64,000 nucleotides of DNA from the NCBI GenBank assembly GCA_003344405.1, contig NOWV01000019.1, positions 682,001 through 746,000 on the forward strand. Reading direction: 5' to 3'. The stretch comes from Trichoplax sp. H2. Its lineage: Eukaryota. Below the pieces are notes generated by a model. It was not told the DNA's origin, did no database searches, and worked only from the letters and a program-made list of their open reading frames with translations. Made by a program: the position numbers and the translations under genes. Numbering within the stretch: the first letter of the stretch is position 1; each line of letters starts with the position of its first letter. Shown here one piece after another: positions 60,101 through 64,000 of this stretch.

Positions 60101-62224
60101 AGTTAAGGCTGTATCTGATAGCCAAATTCATATTTCTCATTAGGGAATTACTCAATTTTGTTAACTCAAATTTTTGGCTACATAGGCGAACCAACAATAA
60201 CAGCAGAAGACTATTACTCGATCTTTACTGCCTTATTTTTTATTCTAATTAATAGATATCTCCATTACAACCGGATTAGCAAACTGGACAAATTTTGCTT
60301 TTTTGGACTACCCTATCTTCAATTAGTGTATGGAATAATTAACGAATTATATTATTAACTTAATTTTCTACGCATTAAAATATTAAATTCTTAGACCTTG
60401 ATGGATATTTAGAACTGTAATAGCTACAATTTTTTCAAATATTTTGTTAGAAAATGTTTACAATAATTTCTATGCCATCATTTGTTGTCTTTAGAGAATT
60501 CTTTTAAAGTTTTAGAAGTACGGTATCGTTATTGACCCTATCCAATACTCTATTGAAGATAATATTTAGGATAATTTTATGTATTGCTGTTCTAAAGGTG
60601 TCTAGTAACTACTTTAATAATGATTATGGATCATTAAAATGTAATAGGCCGAATTACTGTGTATTTGCTTAAAATTAACGCATTCAGATATTAGATTCCC
60701 AAATATTACATCATTTGCATATTCAGTAAAATCTGTTAATAATTAATTAATAATACGGATATGATCACTTTTCGCAATTGAAAAATATTTATGGCACATT
60801 TACCATAATTATCAGTAGAGAGACATCATATCGGGCAACTAAAAAAAATAATGCACTATCTATTTCTATCTTAGAACTTTAGATCACAATCCAATCATGG
60901 AATTTAGTAGCCAAGCCTTCTGGTTCTCAAGATCACTTACAGAAATGTAAGAATATTATTTCATTCAAATAATCCATAGAACAGCTACTAATTACTGATG
61001 ACTGCAAAGCAAAATTGATTCAGCATGTATCTTGTTGGAGCTATTAAGAAATCATTCATATCGTACCTATTTTTCAGCATAAGTCAAAAATATCGCTTTC
61101 TCTTAATTTTAATTAGATCTTCTACTCGTGAATACCTCTGCTGCAATATACCTTCCACGGTTATCTCTTGTAAACCGCTACCTAGTCAACTTAGCTTATC
61201 TACGTGTTCTTATATTCTATCGCATAACATCCTAAGAATAATTATTTGGATTTTGGGTAACCTTGCAGTGATTGAAAATGCTATATCTATTGTTTGGCAC
61301 TCTCCATTCCGAAAGGATGGAAAGTGCGTTCCAAAAGTATTAATTGTAAACTTATCCATTGCGGACTTTCTAATGGGAGTCTATTTGATCATAGTCGCAT
61401 CTGCTAATACGTTTTATGCCCAGCGCTACTCAGAATTTGTAGAAGTTTGGTTAAGAAGTCCAGCATGTTTGATTTCATGCTTTCTTATCTCGCTATCTTG
61501 TTTAACATCGACAATTATTTTACTACTCATCACGGTTGATCGCTTTCTTTATTTAGTCTTTCCTTTTACTAGTTATCGCTTAAGATATTCCTTATTATTA
61601 TGGGTTTTGATTGCGGTTTGGTCTATATCTATCGCTTTTATAGCTGTTCCTATCGCATCAAGCTTTGGTCAATCCTCATATTATCGCCTATATGGCACGA
61701 ACAGCGCTTGCTTGCCTGGAAATGTCGATAACTACTGGTATTTAACATGGTTAATATTATATTGCGGCTTCACATTTGCAGTATGGATAATTATTGCAGT
61801 CTTATATATACTTATCATTAAGTCACTTACGCAGTCTAGGCGGAAAACAAAGCAAAGTTTATCGAACATTGATAAAATTGCTACAGCTAAAATGGTTTCA
61901 GTTGTTATAACAGATTTTATATGTTGGCTGCCGTTTTATGTTATTATTACGCGGGTTTTATTGGGATATGGATTAGATATTCATACGTTGCCATTCATCG
62001 CAGTTTTAGCTTTGCCCTTGAATTCTTGCATTAACCCAATCATTTATACCATCTTTACGAAAAAGTTTACGAATTACGTGAATTCTTATCTAACTTGTTA
62101 TAAGTGTTATAATCGTCAGTATCATGCATCGATGGCAATATACACCACATCGATAATTAGTAAAAACGCTATTAGTAAACTGAATGTGGTAGCCAAGGAA
62201 GGTAATGAATCTGTCAAGAAATAA
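36118..62224 (+). CDS. Giant leucine-rich-repeat GPCR, type C (RXFP/GRL101-like): putative signal peptide, degenerate LDLa-like module, Cys-rich region, LRR N-cap, about 51 LRRs, hinge and rhodopsin-class 7TM
   Basis: Exon 61117-62224 encodes a hinge (YLCCNIP...CKP...STC) and a 7TM with type-C LGR motifs NLSIADFLMGVYL, ITVDRF, YGTNSACLP, VITDFICWLP and LPLNSCINPIIYT. I counted 51 AG/GT-bounded phase-2 exons of 66-84 nt (mostly 72) between 39651 and 60946, each encoding one LRR (e.g. 39829-39900 NLARNKMKIISAADLQNLPNLRSL; 41664-41735 YLQTNNIRQISNGTFNGLENLFFL; 55735-55806 NLSENRIQEIPDHIFRDPINLRYL). The N-cap exon is 39128-39236. The 5' exons (36118-36184, 36382-36474, 36804-36854, and those starting near 38111, 38323 and 38671) are less certain. 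Confidence 0.9.
51954..51973. other. Assembly gap (20 N) inside the GPCR gene, with a 140-bp duplication (51528-51667 and 51974-52113)
   Basis: The run of N is visible; the sequence after the gap repeats TAAAAACTCTGTAAATACG...GGACATTAG with 4 mismatches. Confidence 0.97.
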
Positions 62225-62951
62225 ATTTTGCAACTAATGCTCATCTTATTTCATCAAATAAAATATCTTAGTATTAGTTGATTATTACCTTTTTATATAC
62301 TGAAAGTTTATATCAGAAGCGCATAGTTTTAAATTATCGGAGTACTAATAATTATAACCAATTTTATTGCATGGATACGTTAAAATGATTGACTTTTCAA
62401 TAAAGTTTGGATTCAGTTTCTATTAAAGAGACTATAGGTGTACTTTAACCTTCAGACCAAGGAGAAATTATTTATCAGTAATAGATTTTGCTGTAGGTAG
62501 TTGTCACTTGTCAAAGAAGACAAACTTGACATTAGATTTGATGTGTTAAGTCGTTAATGGCATATTTAATTTCTTCGTTATAAGTTTTAACTTTTAACAG
62601 TATCATACCGAAATTATCATATTTTAGTCTAAAATTAAATATATCTTGATATACTTAGTGTAATAGTTTTGCAAGCAAAAATGTACTATTTTTCAAATTT
62701 TAATCTAAAAAAAAATATAGAAAATCTTTATTTAGACGTTAGCAAGTAATTTTACGATAGTAACGAAATCACTTTAATATTTATACCGATGTATATATAT
62801 AATTCAGTAATTTACTTCAAATCATATTTTGGAATTAAATCGTATCCGTAGTGGGAATGAGAAATGGTACATGATCACTTGTAAATGAATTTTACCGTGA
62901 TTAATATTTATTACCTAAACTTTATTACCTTGTAATCTAAACTTAAAAAAG

Positions 62952-63739
62952 ATACTGGCTTTGCCAATTTTCAAGTCGTAATACTCAACCTTGGCGAATT
63001 TCCTCTTAAATCTGTAAGTATTTCACTCCTATAGTGTATGTTATTCACTCCAGACAGTTATTAGCAGTCCTCGAAATCAATCTTAGTTTGCTAATTTGTT
63101 ACGAAAAGAGTTCCGTTGCAATTTATAATATAAAATTATTGATATTTTTCTTTGACTTCAGGGCTATATCCGTGCTCAATTTATTAATAAAAATGGAAAA
63201 ACCTTATTTGCTTTGATAAAATTATATAATAAAGCTGAAAGAAAATTATGGGAAAAGGAAGTAGATTTCTATCGCTACGTTCACATGAGACGTTGGTGTT
63301 TACTAAACGTATCTCAATGTCTTTGGATATGTGAAGGAAAGAAATGCCATATCTCTTTACTAAAGAAAGATAAAGCCAAGCTACTAGATAAATTGTAAGT
63401 TGATCACAATCACTTAATAGTATTGGATTAAAAGTCCCAGTCATATAACTTTAATACGCAATTAATTAGAAATAGTCAACGTAGACAGTTGCAATAAATC
63501 CACGGTTTAGAAATGAAGAAAGATTATTAGTAATAAAACTGTCAAATATATGAGATTTCATCTGCCAATTGCCCATAATAATTATCAGATTTCTAAAGCA
63601 AAGCAAGTAAATTTGTAATGTCAAGATATATTAAAACTTACAGTGGTACATTTTATCATCCTGCTCACTTCTGGGCAGAATTATACCTGCCAACGATTAT
63701 ACCATTACTAGATGAAATTCAGTTTAACGAAATTGATAG
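62952..63739 (+). CDS. Exons encoding a protein-kinase-like N-lobe fragment resembling TGF-beta-receptor-type kinases; probable spliced C-terminal extension of the upstream GPCR, possibly continuing beyond the window
   Basis: 62952-63013 (phase 1 to 0, GTAAGT donor) reads TGFANFQVVILNLGEFPLKS. 63162-63394 (phase 0 to 2, TTCAG acceptor, GTAAGT donor) reads GYIRAQFINKNGKTLFALIKLYNKAERKLWEKEVDFYRYVHMRRWCLLNV... A further open phase 2-2 exon at 63644-63739 is weaker. The kinase resemblance is by eye only. Confidence 0.55.
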
Positions 63740-64000
63740 GTAATACTTTATTTATTAATCTAAAAGTATAAACCACATCAAATTATAAATACTGTTTTGT
63801 CAACTGTTTTGAAGCAAAGGTAATTTTGAACCTATATCGCTTAAATTTCCTAAATAAAGAATCTACCTACAGAATACACGTAACTGTTATTAATTATAGT
63901 ATTTTAATGCAATATAGCTTTAAATAGAATAGCAAAGGTTGAACTCGATACTATACACATGCCATGTGATTAAATAACTACTGGTATTTATATCGTCCTT

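Noticed and set aside
61025-61116. N-terminal 30 aa of the listed 399-aa ORF
   Set aside because: Intronic read-through; the exon begins after the acceptor at 61116, in phase with the preceding LRR exon.

Overview
AT-rich eukaryotic (animal) genomic DNA with many short GT-AG introns. Composition, intron density and gene content resemble the placozoan Trichoplax; this is an inference and was not checked. Four genes were reconstructed by eye from splice sites and reading frames. SMC5 lies at 2338-9769 (+, about 31 exons). CACYBP/SIP lies at 13542-15238 (+, 6 exons). An Islet-class LIM-homeobox gene lies at 17480-26249 (-, 5 exons). A very large type-C (RXFP/GRL101-like) leucine-rich-repeat GPCR lies at about 36118-62224 (+). 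The GPCR has a degenerate LDLa-like module and about 51 LRRs, each on its own phase-2 exon. The most striking observation is a strong phase-1 splice donor just before the receptor's stop codon. It is phase-compatible with downstream exons (62952-63739) encoding a peptide that resembles the N-lobe of TGF-beta-receptor-type Ser/Thr kinases, which suggests a giant LRR-GPCR fused to a kinase-like domain. Several unrelated degenerate tandem-repeat arrays sit in and upstream of Islet. One 20-N assembly gap is flanked by a 140-bp duplication. Exon boundaries are manual calls, and the N-terminal GPCR exons and the kinase-like extension are the least certain.
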